A stretch of 64,000 nucleotides of DNA from Mantamonas sphyraenae STR306 (taxonomy: Eukaryota > Protista > CRuMs): the NCBI GenBank assembly GCA_026936335.1, contig JAPMXV010000018.1:217266-281265 (forward strand), read 5' to 3'. Every line of letters starts with the position of its first letter. Position 1 is the first letter of the stretch. The notes below the pieces were generated by a model, which was not told the origin of the DNA, searched no databases, and was given only the letters and a program-made list of their open reading frames with translations. A program made the translations under genes and the position numbers. Below, piece after piece: positions 44,592 through 54,152 of the stretch.

Positions 44592-46529
44592 ATGTTTGCA
44601 CGACGTGTCTCGTCTCGGGCAGCGAGAGTTGTGAGCAGAGAGGTGGTAGGGACGCGGCGATGGCTGACGGGAAGCACACGGTCGGTAGGGACGACGTCAG
44701 CGCGCGTAGTGAGCGCCATGCCACGGTACACGGGTATGGTGGTTCGTGGCGAGAGCATGCAGAGCAGGATGGGACACATGTCGTCTTCAGCAAGGGTTGC
44801 AAGGACGGCATGTGGAGAAGGGAGCACAGGGGCGTCGCCACTGGCGGTTGCGTGCTCTGTGGCAACAGTGGCCGGCGTGGTGGTTGCCGTGCAGATGCAA
44901 TACCCTGTCATGGCAGCATCGGCGAACGAGGAGGAGGTTCTGGGCGAGGAGGAGGTGCAACAACTTTCGCCGGAAGAGAAGCGCGCGCGCGAGGTTGCGA
45001 AGAAGCAAGCGGAATACCACGAAGCAGTGCGTAACCTGGAGAATGGACAGTACGCAACGGCGAGGGCGCAGCTGAAGAGTGTGCTGGAGTGGCAACAGTT
45101 GTATCTGGCGAGCGATGCGCCAGAGGTGGCAAACACGCTGTACCATCTTGCGTTTGCCGTGTTTATGAGCAGCCGGGACCTGATTCTGTGTGTGCCGTAC
45201 GCGGCACAGGCAGTGGAACTGTTTGAGAGGCAGGGGCGCATCGAGGAGGACATCTACCTGAAGGCGCTGACGAACCTGGGGGAGTTTTACAAGTTGCAAC
45301 GAAAGTACAAGGACTCGGAGCGGGAATACACAAAGGCGCTGACAGTGGCAACGCAGCTGCACGGAGAGGACAGCGCACAGGTTGCGTTGGTGAGCAACAA
45401 CCTGGGCGTGGTGATGGGTTTGCGACGCAACACAAAGGAGAGTGTACGGCTGCTGCGTGCGGCGTTGGAGGTGCGTGAGCGACGCAGCGACGAGCGGGAT
45501 GTGCTGCGGTGCATGCTGAACCTGGCGGTGCAGTTCATCAACGAAGAGCAGTACGAGGAGGCGGAGGAGATTCTGGAGGAGCTGCACCCGCGCACGGCGA
45601 CGGTGTATGGAGCGACGTCGGACGAGGCGACCAAGGTGCAGCGGTACTGGGGCCTGACGCTGATGAAGCTGGAAGAGTTTGCGCGTGCGGAGCAGCTGCT
45701 GGGCACGGTGGTGACCAACATGCAGTTCAAGCTGGTGGAGAACGGGGCCAACATGTTGCCGCAGGACGTGCGGCTGCTGAAACGGCAGCTGTTCCAGAGC
45801 GAGAGCGCACTGGGAGTGGCACAGTACCAGCTGGACCGACTAGACGAGTCACGTGGCCATCTGCAACGCGTGTACCGACACTTTACGGCGCAGCTGGGCG
45901 GGTCGCATCCGCAGACGCTGCGTGCGCTTGTGAGCCTGGCGGAAATCGATCGCAAACAAGGACAGGTGTACCAAGCGGAGCAGATGCTGTTGCAAGCACT
46001 GAAGCAGTCGCGTGCAGCCAATGGAGGAGACGTGACGTATGAGGCGGTGTATGTGTTGACGAGCCTGGGGCTGTTGAGGGAGCAGCAAGCGGATCTGAAG
46101 CGCGCGTTTCGGTGCTTGGGCAAGGTGGTGCAACTTACGAATCAACGAGTCAAAGAGCGACCACGTGGTCACAACGAGCGGCTGGCTCAGGTGCGTGCGT
46201 ACGTGAACATGGGGCGTTTGCATCTTGTGCGCGGGGCCAACGGGGATTCGGAGAGCGCATGGGAATACTATTCAGAGGCAGCGCGGATCCGCATGCAGAC
46301 GATGGGGGTGGAGAGCACGCGTGCGTGGGCTACACGAGAGATGGCGAGGCTGCAAGAGCGGATCCACTGGGCAGGCGGAGGCTCGCTTTCCGAGTCGGAG
46401 GTGGGGCTGGAAAGGCAAACAGACGACGTGGTGGCGCTGAAGAAGCAGCAAAGCATGTGGGAGCGTGTGCTGAACGAAGTGGCGGTGGGAGAAGGGATGG
46501 CGGCCACAGGAAATGGAGTGGGGCTGTAG
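44592..46529 (+). CDS. TPR-repeat protein (kinesin-light-chain-like TPRs), possible mitochondrial presequence
   Basis: ALTNLGEFYKLQRKYKDSE, LHGEDSAQVALVSNNLG, LGGSHPQTLRALVSLA repeats. Confidence 0.8.
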   Translation: MFARRVSSRAARVVSREVVGTRRWLTGSTRSVGTTSARVVSAMPRYTGMVVRGESMQSRMGHMSSSARVARTACGEGSTGASPLAVACSVATVAGVVVAVQMQYPVMAASANEEEVLGEEEVQQLSPEEKRAREVAKKQAEYHEAVRNLENGQYATARAQLKSVLEWQQLYLASDAPEVANTLYHLAFAVFMSSRDLILCVPYAAQAVELFERQGRIEEDIYLKALTNLGEFYKLQRKYKDSEREYTKALTVATQLHGEDSAQVALVSNNLGVVMGLRRNTKESVRLLRAALEVRERRSDERDVLRCMLNLAVQFINEEQYEEAEEILEELHPRTATVYGATSDEATKVQRYWGLTLMKLEEFARAEQLLGTVVTNMQFKLVENGANMLPQDVRLLKRQLFQSESALGVAQYQLDRLDESRGHLQRVYRHFTAQLGGSHPQTLRALVSLAEIDRKQGQVYQAEQMLLQALKQSRAANGGDVTYEAVYVLTSLGLLREQQADLKRAFRCLGKVVQLTNQRVKERPRGHNERLAQVRAYVNMGRLHLVRGANGDSESAWEYYSEAARIRMQTMGVESTRAWATREMARLQERIHWAGGGSLSESEVGLERQTDDVVALKKQQSMWERVLNEVAVGEGMAATGNGVGL

Positions 46530-46568
46530 AGAGGAGTGGAGGACAGGTGAAATGAGTGAATTTGGACC

Positions 46569-47081
46569 TCAGAGAAACTCGAGACTCTTTGCTTTCTCTT
46601 GCTCATCGGCAATGGGGTTTGCGTGGATGGTGACGTCGTCGATGCTGATATCCTTGACGGGCCGGTCGTCCTCTGCGTTTTCGACCTTTTCCATGGCGTC
46701 GAGGGTTTCCCAACCGTCGATAACCTGGCCAAAGAGGGTGTAGAGGCCGTCGAGGTGGGAGGCGTCGGTGTAGCAGATGAAAAACTGGGAGCCGTTTGTG
46801 TTGGGGCCCGAATTGGCGAAGGAGACGGAGCCGCGCTTGTGTTTGGCCTTGCCGTCGATCTCGTCGTCTATGTAGCCACCCCAAATGCTCTCTCCACCGC
46901 GTCCGGAGCCCGAGGGGTCGCCTCCCTGGACCATAAACTCGGGGATGTTTCTGTGGAAGAGAGTGCCTGTGTACTTTCCGCTTGCGCACAGGCCGAGGAA
47001 GTTTTCACAGGACTTGGGACACCGTTCGCAGCTGAGCTCAATTTTGAGGTCACCCAGGGAGGTATGGAGAGTGACTGACAT
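46569..47081 (-). CDS. PPIL3: Cyclophilin-type peptidyl-prolyl isomerase PPIL3
   Basis: MSVTLHTSLGDLKIEL..FHRNIPEFMVQGGDP..GPNTNGSQFFI..VTIHANPIA. Confidence 0.93.
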   Translation of the reverse strand: MSVTLHTSLGDLKIELSCERCPKSCENFLGLCASGKYTGTLFHRNIPEFMVQGGDPSGSGRGGESIWGGYIDDEIDGKAKHKRGSVSFANSGPNTNGSQFFICYTDASHLDGLYTLFGQVIDGWETLDAMEKVENAEDDRPVKDISIDDVTIHANPIADEQEKAKSLEFL

Positions 47082-47143
47082 GGTGGGGTAGAGGGCAGGG
47101 TTTGTTTGTTGTGCGTGGACGTGCGCTCGCAGTTCCCGGGGGG

Positions 47144-48850
47144 CTACCTGTTGGCTTGCTTGGGAATGGGAGGAGGAGGGCGTTTGGGAGGCTCCCAGTA
47201 CTTTGTGGTTTTGATCACCTTGCGCTTGGGACGGGCGGTGGTGCTGCCGAGCGTGGTGCCGAGCTGTTGGAGTTCGCTGAGGTCGACGACCCGGGCCTGC
47301 CTCTTTGCCTTTGTGGACGAGGATGATTGGTTGTCTGTGGTTGAGGATGTGGATGAGGAGGTGGTGGTGGTGGTGGAGGAGGAGGTGGTGGTGGTGGTCG
47401 AGGTGGAGGAGTTGCTCTCAAAGAGGCCGCGCCGCCATGATCCACTGTCGGCATCGCTGCCCACTTGATAGGACATTGGGGAGAAGCGTTTGGGTTGATA
47501 GGTGCCAAGAGAGGTGGTGCCGACACCATGTTTGTCTGGCTGTTTGGGTGAGTACGTGGAGAAGGAGGAGGAGGAGGCCGAGGATGAGGAGGAGGCCGAG
47601 GAGGCTGTTGAGGACCACGAAGGGGTGATTTGGGAGTCGTCAATGTCATCAACTTCTTGCGATGAGCGTGTGAACAGACTGCCCATGCTGCGGCCTTTGA
47701 CGAGCTTGGCTATGAAAGAGTTGTCGCCGTCGCCATCGCCGTCGAGCCGAGTGTTGTCGCTGGCAGATGTGTCTGCGTCATTGTTGTCATCATTTGCATC
47801 GCGGCTGCCGCTTTGGACGCGGACGGTGTTGAGACCCTTGCCCTGGAAGGTGATGTTTTGTCGGCGCCAATTGTAGGCCTTGCCGACCTCGTAGGACATG
47901 ACGAGCATGTCAAACATGGCGCTGACAGGGATATGGTCGCTGGAGAGGACTTCGGGGTGACTTTTGTACGCACGGAGTGTGAGGGAACGGCCTTTGTACA
48001 GGACGCGGTCGCACCAGGCGGGAATGCGCTGCTTGTCGCTAGAGTCGTAGTCGAGCGTTCCCGGGTCAAACTTGTAGGTTGGCGCAAAGGCCACCACGCC
48101 CTCGCGAAAGGCTTGGAAAACGCGGGAGGCAGCACGCTCAGCCTGGAGCTGGTCGTAGCGGAGGAGGTTGCTCCAGGCCTCCTTTTCAACGAGGGCGAGG
48201 ACCTGGGCTCGGCGCAGCTCGATGCGGTAGTTGAGATCACCAAACCAGAATATGCAGTCGTGGTCGGCGATGCTGACGCGGCCAATGTTGCCGTAGGCAA
48301 ACTTGGCCTTTGAGGAAATGGTCTTGAAGTCACGATTCCTCTTTTCGACGTGCTCCTGGCCTGCGGCGAGGTGGGCTGTGAGAAAGCAGACGGTGCTGTC
48401 ATAGAGCTTCATGCGCACGCCGACGCCGCCCTTGTTGGCGAGCTTGTTCATGAGGCCCGTTTTGACGACGGTTGAAGCGACGTCGGCGACGTAGGGGACG
48501 TGCTCGTCGCGCATCCAGACAAGGAGGAGGACGCCGACAAGGTCCTCACTATGCACAAGAACCATGCGCTTTGAGGTGACCTCCTTCATGGCGTCCTCAA
48601 TCCTCTCTTCCCAGACGGAGGCGACCTTGTCACTGTTTCCCGAGCCGATTCGAGTGCTGCTTCCCTTTACGACAGTCTCTGGGTTGAGGTCGACCGTCTC
48701 CTGAAGGCCTATGGCCACTACGTCTGGAATGCCATCGGAGCCCGACCAGCCGGCAAACCAGCTGCTGACGTCCGGATGGTACGACGATTGGCCGCCGACA
48801 TTCCAGGTGCCAACAAAGACACGCAAGCTGCGTGATTCCAGCGCACTCAT
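47144..48850 (-). CDS. Inositol polyphosphate 5-phosphatase (IPPc)
   Basis: FVGTWNVGG, IGLQE, NKGGVGVR, AHLAAG, FWFGDLNYRI, FAPTYKFD, RIPAWCDRVLY, SSDHIPV. Confidence 0.93.
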   Translation of the reverse strand: MSALESRSLRVFVGTWNVGGQSSYHPDVSSWFAGWSGSDGIPDVVAIGLQETVDLNPETVVKGSSTRIGSGNSDKVASVWEERIEDAMKEVTSKRMVLVHSEDLVGVLLLVWMRDEHVPYVADVASTVVKTGLMNKLANKGGVGVRMKLYDSTVCFLTAHLAAGQEHVEKRNRDFKTISSKAKFAYGNIGRVSIADHDCIFWFGDLNYRIELRRAQVLALVEKEAWSNLLRYDQLQAERAASRVFQAFREGVVAFAPTYKFDPGTLDYDSSDKQRIPAWCDRVLYKGRSLTLRAYKSHPEVLSSDHIPVSAMFDMLVMSYEVGKAYNWRRQNITFQGKGLNTVRVQSGSRDANDDNNDADTSASDNTRLDGDGDGDNSFIAKLVKGRSMGSLFTRSSQEVDDIDDSQITPSWSSTASSASSSSSASSSSFSTYSPKQPDKHGVGTTSLGTYQPKRFSPMSYQVGSDADSGSWRRGLFESNSSTSTTTTTSSSTTTTTSSSTSSTTDNQSSSSTKAKRQARVVDLSELQQLGTTLGSTTARPKRKVIKTTKYWEPPKRPPPPIPKQANR

Positions 48851-49008
48851 GTCGGGGGATGGGAGGGGCTGTGTGTGCGTGTGTGTGTGCGTGTGTGTGG
48901 GAAGGAGTGGCGCGGGACGGTGGCGGGGCGGAGGATTCAGTTTTGGGGAGCGGGCGCTTGGGTCGCCAACAAGCTGCACCCGAGGCCGCCTTTTCCCACC
49001 TCCCTGAA

Positions 49009-49753
49009 ATGTCAAGGCGGTGCACGGCCATGGCGCGTGCCACAGGTCAGCAGTGTCGGCTACCGGCGGTGCCAAACACAAAGTACTGCCACCGGCACAC
49101 GCCGCCCCCGCCGATGTTGAGCCCGGCGGCGACTCCGGGGCTGACTCCACCGGCCATCGACAGATACTTGGCCAACGTGGACACAGACGAGTTTGCAAGT
49201 GTGGGGGCACGTACAGTGGCGACGTCATACAGTGCCGAGGACGACGGCGCGGCGTATTGGCGGCAGGTCAAAGACGAGGACCTGGACACTTTGGCGCTCT
49301 CGCCCCCCTCCTTCATGTACAGTCCCATTTCTTCGATGAACGACCGGCGCTCGTTTTTCAATCGACCGCCAACACCCACAGGTAGGTTGTGGGGGGGACA
49401 GTGAGACACGCTAGAGAAAAGAGACGGATTGGAGGAAGGGTGGTTCATGCGCGGGCTTTTTCGCGCACATTTGCCTTGACGACGAGGCGGAGCGAGGATG
49501 AGAGAGCAATTGGAGCAAAGGATATGGAGGAAAGGATGGGCGACTGACGCGTATGTGTGTTCGTGTGTGGTCATGTGTAGCGGATGATATTGCGGCCATG
49601 CAAGCTCAGTACAATCGGGCGGTGCTCGCTGATCAGGCGCAGGAGTACGCGCTGTCGCAAGAAGGCCAAAGCGCAAGCGTGGTCGCGTTGTTGATTATTT
49701 GCATTCTGCTGTGGCTGGCGTTTGCGTGTGTGCGAGACTTTTGGAGCGGATGA
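49009..49753 (+). CDS. Small protein with N-terminal C-x10-C-x10-C-x2-H zinc finger and C-terminal tail anchor; 1 intron
   Basis: RCTAMARATGQQCRLPAVPNTKYCHRH; intron 49382-49580; C-terminal VVALLIICILLWLAFACV. Confidence 0.65.
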
Positions 49754-49807
49754 GGCAGGGGAGCTCAGCTCGCTGGCGCCAGGTCTGCCAGAGCAACAAC
49801 AACACGT

Positions 49808-50737
49808 ATGGCCGGCAAACGTGCTCAACGCAGGCAACGGAAGCCTGCACGGGAAGACATGGACGACGATGCCACCGTCATGTCTGCCATATCCCACATG
49901 ACTGGCACATTAAACAGTATTTCGATTGAACCAAAGTCGACGGAGAAGGGAGCGTCGGCCCCGGTGCTCTTTGTCCTGGTGCTGGTGCTGTCTGGGCTGC
50001 TGGCGGCGGGCGCATACATGTACACATCCAAACAGAGTGGGAGTAGGTTGAACGTGGAGGGTTGGACTTGTGTGGGCCACAAGCTTTGGGAAGCTGACAC
50101 GTGAGCCGGCACAGTGCCCGACACCTGCCGGCCGCTGGGTTTGGCTCGAGTGAAGCAGCTACGGGATACCTTGCAGGTGCCCCTGCATCCAGACGCCATG
50201 GAAACCCTGTTTGCGGCTCTGAGCGAACATGCATCGAACAGCCAGCCACTGGCGCTGCACATTGCTGGGCCGCGAGCGTCTGCGCTTGCGCTGCTTGCGC
50301 GACTGGCCACACGCGAGGAGAGTGAAATGCAGGCGTGGCCCGATGTGAGCAACACTCTGTTGCTGGACGGCAGCGAGTTTTCGGCGTCAGAGGAGGACGA
50401 GATGGTGCCGCAGCGGACGCGTCTGCGGGCGGCTGTGTTTGAGCAGCTGCAGCGGTGCGAGCACTCGCTGATTGTGCTGGACGGCGTGCAACATGTGGAC
50501 TATCGTGTATTGACGGCCATCGAATCGGCCACAGACGACACGACGTGCCACCTGCAGCTGGACGGACGGGGCCACGTGTCGACGGCAAACGCCATTGTGG
50601 TGCTGCTGTCCACAGATGCGGCAGTGGACACGAACCATTACCAGGGCGCGCTGGCCAAGGTGAAGGCAGGGTTGGTGGAGCGTTGGCAGCGCAATGCACT
50701 GCGAACACGTGTGAAGAAGCACTTGCTGGTGGGATGA
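49808..50737 (+). CDS. Type II membrane protein with degenerate torsin-like AAA+ domain (LAP1/LULL1-like); 1 intron
   Basis: TM VLFVLVLVLSGLLAAGAYMY. A phase-1 intron 50043-50114 removes the TGA at 50102. QPLALHIAGPRASALALLARL lacks the Walker A GK(S/T); then QLQRCEHSLIVLDGVQHV and STANAIVVLLS. Confidence 0.6.
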
Positions 50738-50757
50738 AGAATAGATTCTGATCATTT

Positions 50758-53616
50758 TTAGTCGGTTTTCTCCTGCGGTTGCATCTCGACTTCCTCTTCG
50801 CGCACAGCAGTATAGTGCTTGGTGATACGATAGAGTCCGAGGCGGTGGCGCAGCTTCCACAGCGCAAAGAGAAGGATAAGGAGGACAAGGATGGGCAGGC
50901 CGAGGACGGCAAGCCAGAATGTCCAGTGGTAGCGGATGGGCAACTGGACAACAACGACGGAAGAGGGAGCGTCCTCTTCTTTGGCCGACCAGCTGGCGTT
51001 CATGCCACGCTGGATGAGAAAGGTGAGGGCAAGCAAACCCTCACCGTCGGTTTTGCCCATGGGGCTGATGCTGACGGACAAGGGCTGCGGTTCAAAGGGA
51101 ACCATGTCCTGGATGCTGTCGCTGTCTCCAAAAGACCACGTGGTGGCGTTCCACGAGCTGTTTCCCTGCTGGGAGGCCAGGCCAAGGAGCTTGAAGCGGC
51201 CCGCGCGGCACACGCGTGGCTCGTGCCAGATGAGCGGGATGGTGAGGTTGCGCACGGTGGAGTCAAACATGCCAAAGGGATAGAGAAAGAGCGCTGGACC
51301 AGACACAGTGTCGAGGGCAGGGCGGATGTCAGCGGCGCCAAACATCATGCGCTCCCAGGAGATGTTTGCGTGGCGCGGAAGGGTGTCGTTCAGGTGGACG
51401 CGAACAACAGGACGAGGCAGGGGGCCTGTTTGGTCACCTGGATGGAGAATGGAGTCGTACATCCAGGGCTGGGAAGCCCAGGCACGGATGGAGGCGCCAC
51501 TGGCGGGTTCGATGTCGATTGTGTCTGCCGGAAACTGGTGGTAGGTGCAGGCTGGATGGTTGGTACCCACGGTGATGGTGTAGCGGTTGGGTAGGTTTCG
51601 TGGATAGCGCTCCATGTGGAGGGTGGGCTGAAGGAGGGTGCAGTTTACATCGGGCCTGGTCCAAGTGTGATCGAGCTGGTGTAGGACACCCAGGCCTCCT
51701 ACGATGATGTGGATGTCCAATCGATCGCCTGGAGCCGGATGAGTGAAGGGTGCGTCGAACTGGATGTACGATCTGGGAGTGCTGGTCGTCCACACGGTGC
51801 GGTTGGCAGAGCTTGTCCATTCCGGCATTGTGGATTGCCAGGGCGAACGAGGAGGGATGTCAAAGGGGGTGGTTGATCGAACAGTGACGTTGATGTAGGA
51901 GATGTCACTGGTGGACTCGCGGATGGGGCAGGTGTTGAAGTGGGGCACGCGAACATACACGTAGTGCGTGTTGAAGTTGGTCTGCGCATGGACGTAGGGC
52001 TTGGGCGAGCAGTCTGGGTCGACTGAGACGTGCGCAGTCTGTCGCACACTCAGGACAATGGTGGGCACCTGCGAGAGGGCATCCAGAGTGACGGTGGAGG
52101 ATAGCGCGGATCGTGCGTCGGCAGCTGTGTTGACGCTAACGACCCACGAAGGATCAGCGAGGGGATCGCCAAAGGCGACGTGCTGTGGCGTGACCATGGT
52201 GCGCAAGCCCTTGTCGCTGGAAGAAACCTGGAGGTCAAAGATGAGGCGCTGGGCACGTTCGACGCGGCAAGGAGATTGGCCGTTGTCGGTGAGAAAGGCG
52301 CGGAGGTGTTGTGTGGACACGAGATTGTTTGCGCGGGTGAGATTGAACGCTTTCAGGGGTTCAAGGAAAAGGGATGGCTTCTTGCAGAGAGGGACGTCGT
52401 CGGGAGGGGATGGAGTGGGGTTTGACGTGTGTGCTTCGTTTGCGTGGACTGTGCGGATACGGTGAAAGTCTGGTTCGTCCCAGACAATGGATGCGAGGTG
52501 AAGGTCGGAGAAACGGACGACAGCATGGTCGACATCGAGGTTTTCGACGGTGAGGGTGAAGTTTGGATGGACGAACTTGCGACGGTCGGCATGGCCCCAA
52601 TCATCCGCGTCGATGACATGGAGGAGATTTGTGGTGCGATTCTGCTCCTGAACACGTGTTTCGTGCACCAGAATCAGGGGCTGGCGGCGCGTAGGTGCGT
52701 TGAGGAGGTCGAGGACACGGTACCACTTCCAGGGCAGGTCTGCGTCTGCAAAGCGGTTGTTTGAGCGCACGCTGTAGAGGGAGACATACACCATGCGACA
52801 GCATCCGAGAGATAGGGCGGCGCCGTGGGTTTGTGTGGTTTGGATTGGGCGCAGGACGACGGTGGACGGAGAGCTGACTTTTGTGACGGCGTCCTCGGGA
52901 ATCCAGCTGGCGTCGACGAGATGGGCAATGTTGTAATACAGTTGGGAGCGTGCATGTCCCATGATGCTGCTGCTGTCGCCGTACTCGTCACCATAGGCGT
53001 GTGCGTGCGCAAAGCCAAGGGTGTGGCCTAGCTCGTGGACGACAATGTCGAGGCGGAGGCGGAGAAGCCAGATGCGGCAAGGATAGTAAATGTAGCTGGG
53101 ATGATGGATGCAATAGCCCGAGCCGATGCCTGTGACGTCATTGCCGGGGCCATGGCGGCAGCTCGTGGATTCAGGAAACACGTAGATGACTCGGTGCCAG
53201 CGAGCATCTGCCGTTTGGCGAGGATACTGAGCGTTGACAAGGATATCTGCGAGGTCTGCCCAAACACGTTCGTTGCACTGGCCGTCTTGGGTGGTGTTTG
53301 CCTTGCTTACGTCAATCTGGACCGGTCCATAGATTTTTGTGTCGAGGGCAAGGGTGAGTTTGCCGTGGCTGGCTTCAAAGAGGACGCCTGCAGCAGAAGC
53401 GTTGTTGGGAAGGTTGCTGCTTGGGTTGCCTGCAATGATGTCGAGGATCTGGGAGTCTGTTGCGGTGACGGAAGCGTCGTTGAAGTCGACCTTGACGACG
53501 GTGACGGTGATGGTGGGGGGCACGGGCTCGAGGGCACCTGCACGCCAGGCGAGGGTGTGTGGTAGGAGGGCGAGGAGGGCGAGAAGGGCGAGGAGGAAGA
53601 GGAGGCGAGGGAACAT
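50758..53616 (-). CDS. Surface-anchored zinc metalloprotease, gametolysin (M11)-like
   Basis: Signal peptide MFPRLLFLLALLALLALLPHTLA; HELGHTLGFAHA; EYGDSSSIMG Met-turn; C-terminal TM. Confidence 0.8.
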   Translation of the reverse strand: MFPRLLFLLALLALLALLPHTLAWRAGALEPVPPTITVTVVKVDFNDASVTATDSQILDIIAGNPSSNLPNNASAAGVLFEASHGKLTLALDTKIYGPVQIDVSKANTTQDGQCNERVWADLADILVNAQYPRQTADARWHRVIYVFPESTSCRHGPGNDVTGIGSGYCIHHPSYIYYPCRIWLLRLRLDIVVHELGHTLGFAHAHAYGDEYGDSSSIMGHARSQLYYNIAHLVDASWIPEDAVTKVSSPSTVVLRPIQTTQTHGAALSLGCCRMVYVSLYSVRSNNRFADADLPWKWYRVLDLLNAPTRRQPLILVHETRVQEQNRTTNLLHVIDADDWGHADRRKFVHPNFTLTVENLDVDHAVVRFSDLHLASIVWDEPDFHRIRTVHANEAHTSNPTPSPPDDVPLCKKPSLFLEPLKAFNLTRANNLVSTQHLRAFLTDNGQSPCRVERAQRLIFDLQVSSSDKGLRTMVTPQHVAFGDPLADPSWVVSVNTAADARSALSSTVTLDALSQVPTIVLSVRQTAHVSVDPDCSPKPYVHAQTNFNTHYVYVRVPHFNTCPIRESTSDISYINVTVRSTTPFDIPPRSPWQSTMPEWTSSANRTVWTTSTPRSYIQFDAPFTHPAPGDRLDIHIIVGGLGVLHQLDHTWTRPDVNCTLLQPTLHMERYPRNLPNRYTITVGTNHPACTYHQFPADTIDIEPASGASIRAWASQPWMYDSILHPGDQTGPLPRPVVRVHLNDTLPRHANISWERMMFGAADIRPALDTVSGPALFLYPFGMFDSTVRNLTIPLIWHEPRVCRAGRFKLLGLASQQGNSSWNATTWSFGDSDSIQDMVPFEPQPLSVSISPMGKTDGEGLLALTFLIQRGMNASWSAKEEDAPSSVVVVQLPIRYHWTFWLAVLGLPILVLLILLFALWKLRHRLGLYRITKHYTAVREEEVEMQPQEKTD

Positions 53617-53682
53617 GGGTTTGGGCTCGCGCGCGCTGGGTTGGCAGAGAAAACCCACTGCAACGCGGCAACAGAAAGGGAG

Positions 53683-54099
53683 ATGTCGGGGCAGGGGCAA
53701 GGGCGTGTGTTTATTTTGGTGGTCGCAGTTGTGGTGTGTGCATGTGTGTGGGAGGCGAGTGCGCTGCCCGCAAGCGCGTTGAAGGATCCAAGGATGAAAA
53801 AGCTGCTGGAGACGCAAGCGAGGCAGCAGGCGAAGCAGCAGGAGATATTGCGTGGGAACAAGGAAGGAACGTCGCAAAACGGGTTTGCGCTTCCTCAGCT
53901 GGTGGAGCTGGGTGTCGGGCTGCTGGTGGGGGTGGTTTTGGCGGTCGTGTTGCGACGGGTGGTGATGAAGCTGGTGAGGGACCAGATGGTGGAGAATGAG
54001 AGAGAAGAGGAGGAGGAGGAGGAGGAGGGAGAGGACGAGGGGAATACGGGGAAGAAGCGAGACGGGGACGGTGAGGGCGGGAAGGCAAAGATGGAATGA
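53683..54099 (+). CDS. Small hypothetical signal-peptide/TM protein
   Basis: Signal-like FILVVAVVVCACVWEASA, TM LGVGLLVGVVLAVVL, acidic tail. Confidence 0.55.
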   Translation: MSGQGQGRVFILVVAVVVCACVWEASALPASALKDPRMKKLLETQARQQAKQQEILRGNKEGTSQNGFALPQLVELGVGLLVGVVLAVVLRRVVMKLVRDQMVENEREEEEEEEEGEDEGNTGKKRDGDGEGGKAKME

Positions 54100-54152
54100 A
54101 TGAACAGCTGTGAACGAGGACAAACGATGTGCATTGCATGGACGATCGAGTC

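Noticed and set aside
50102-50104. In-frame TGA between ORFs 49808-50104 and 50114-50737 (selenocysteine or readthrough)
   Set aside because: It falls inside a plausible phase-1 GT-AG intron (50043-50114) whose removal restores the frame.
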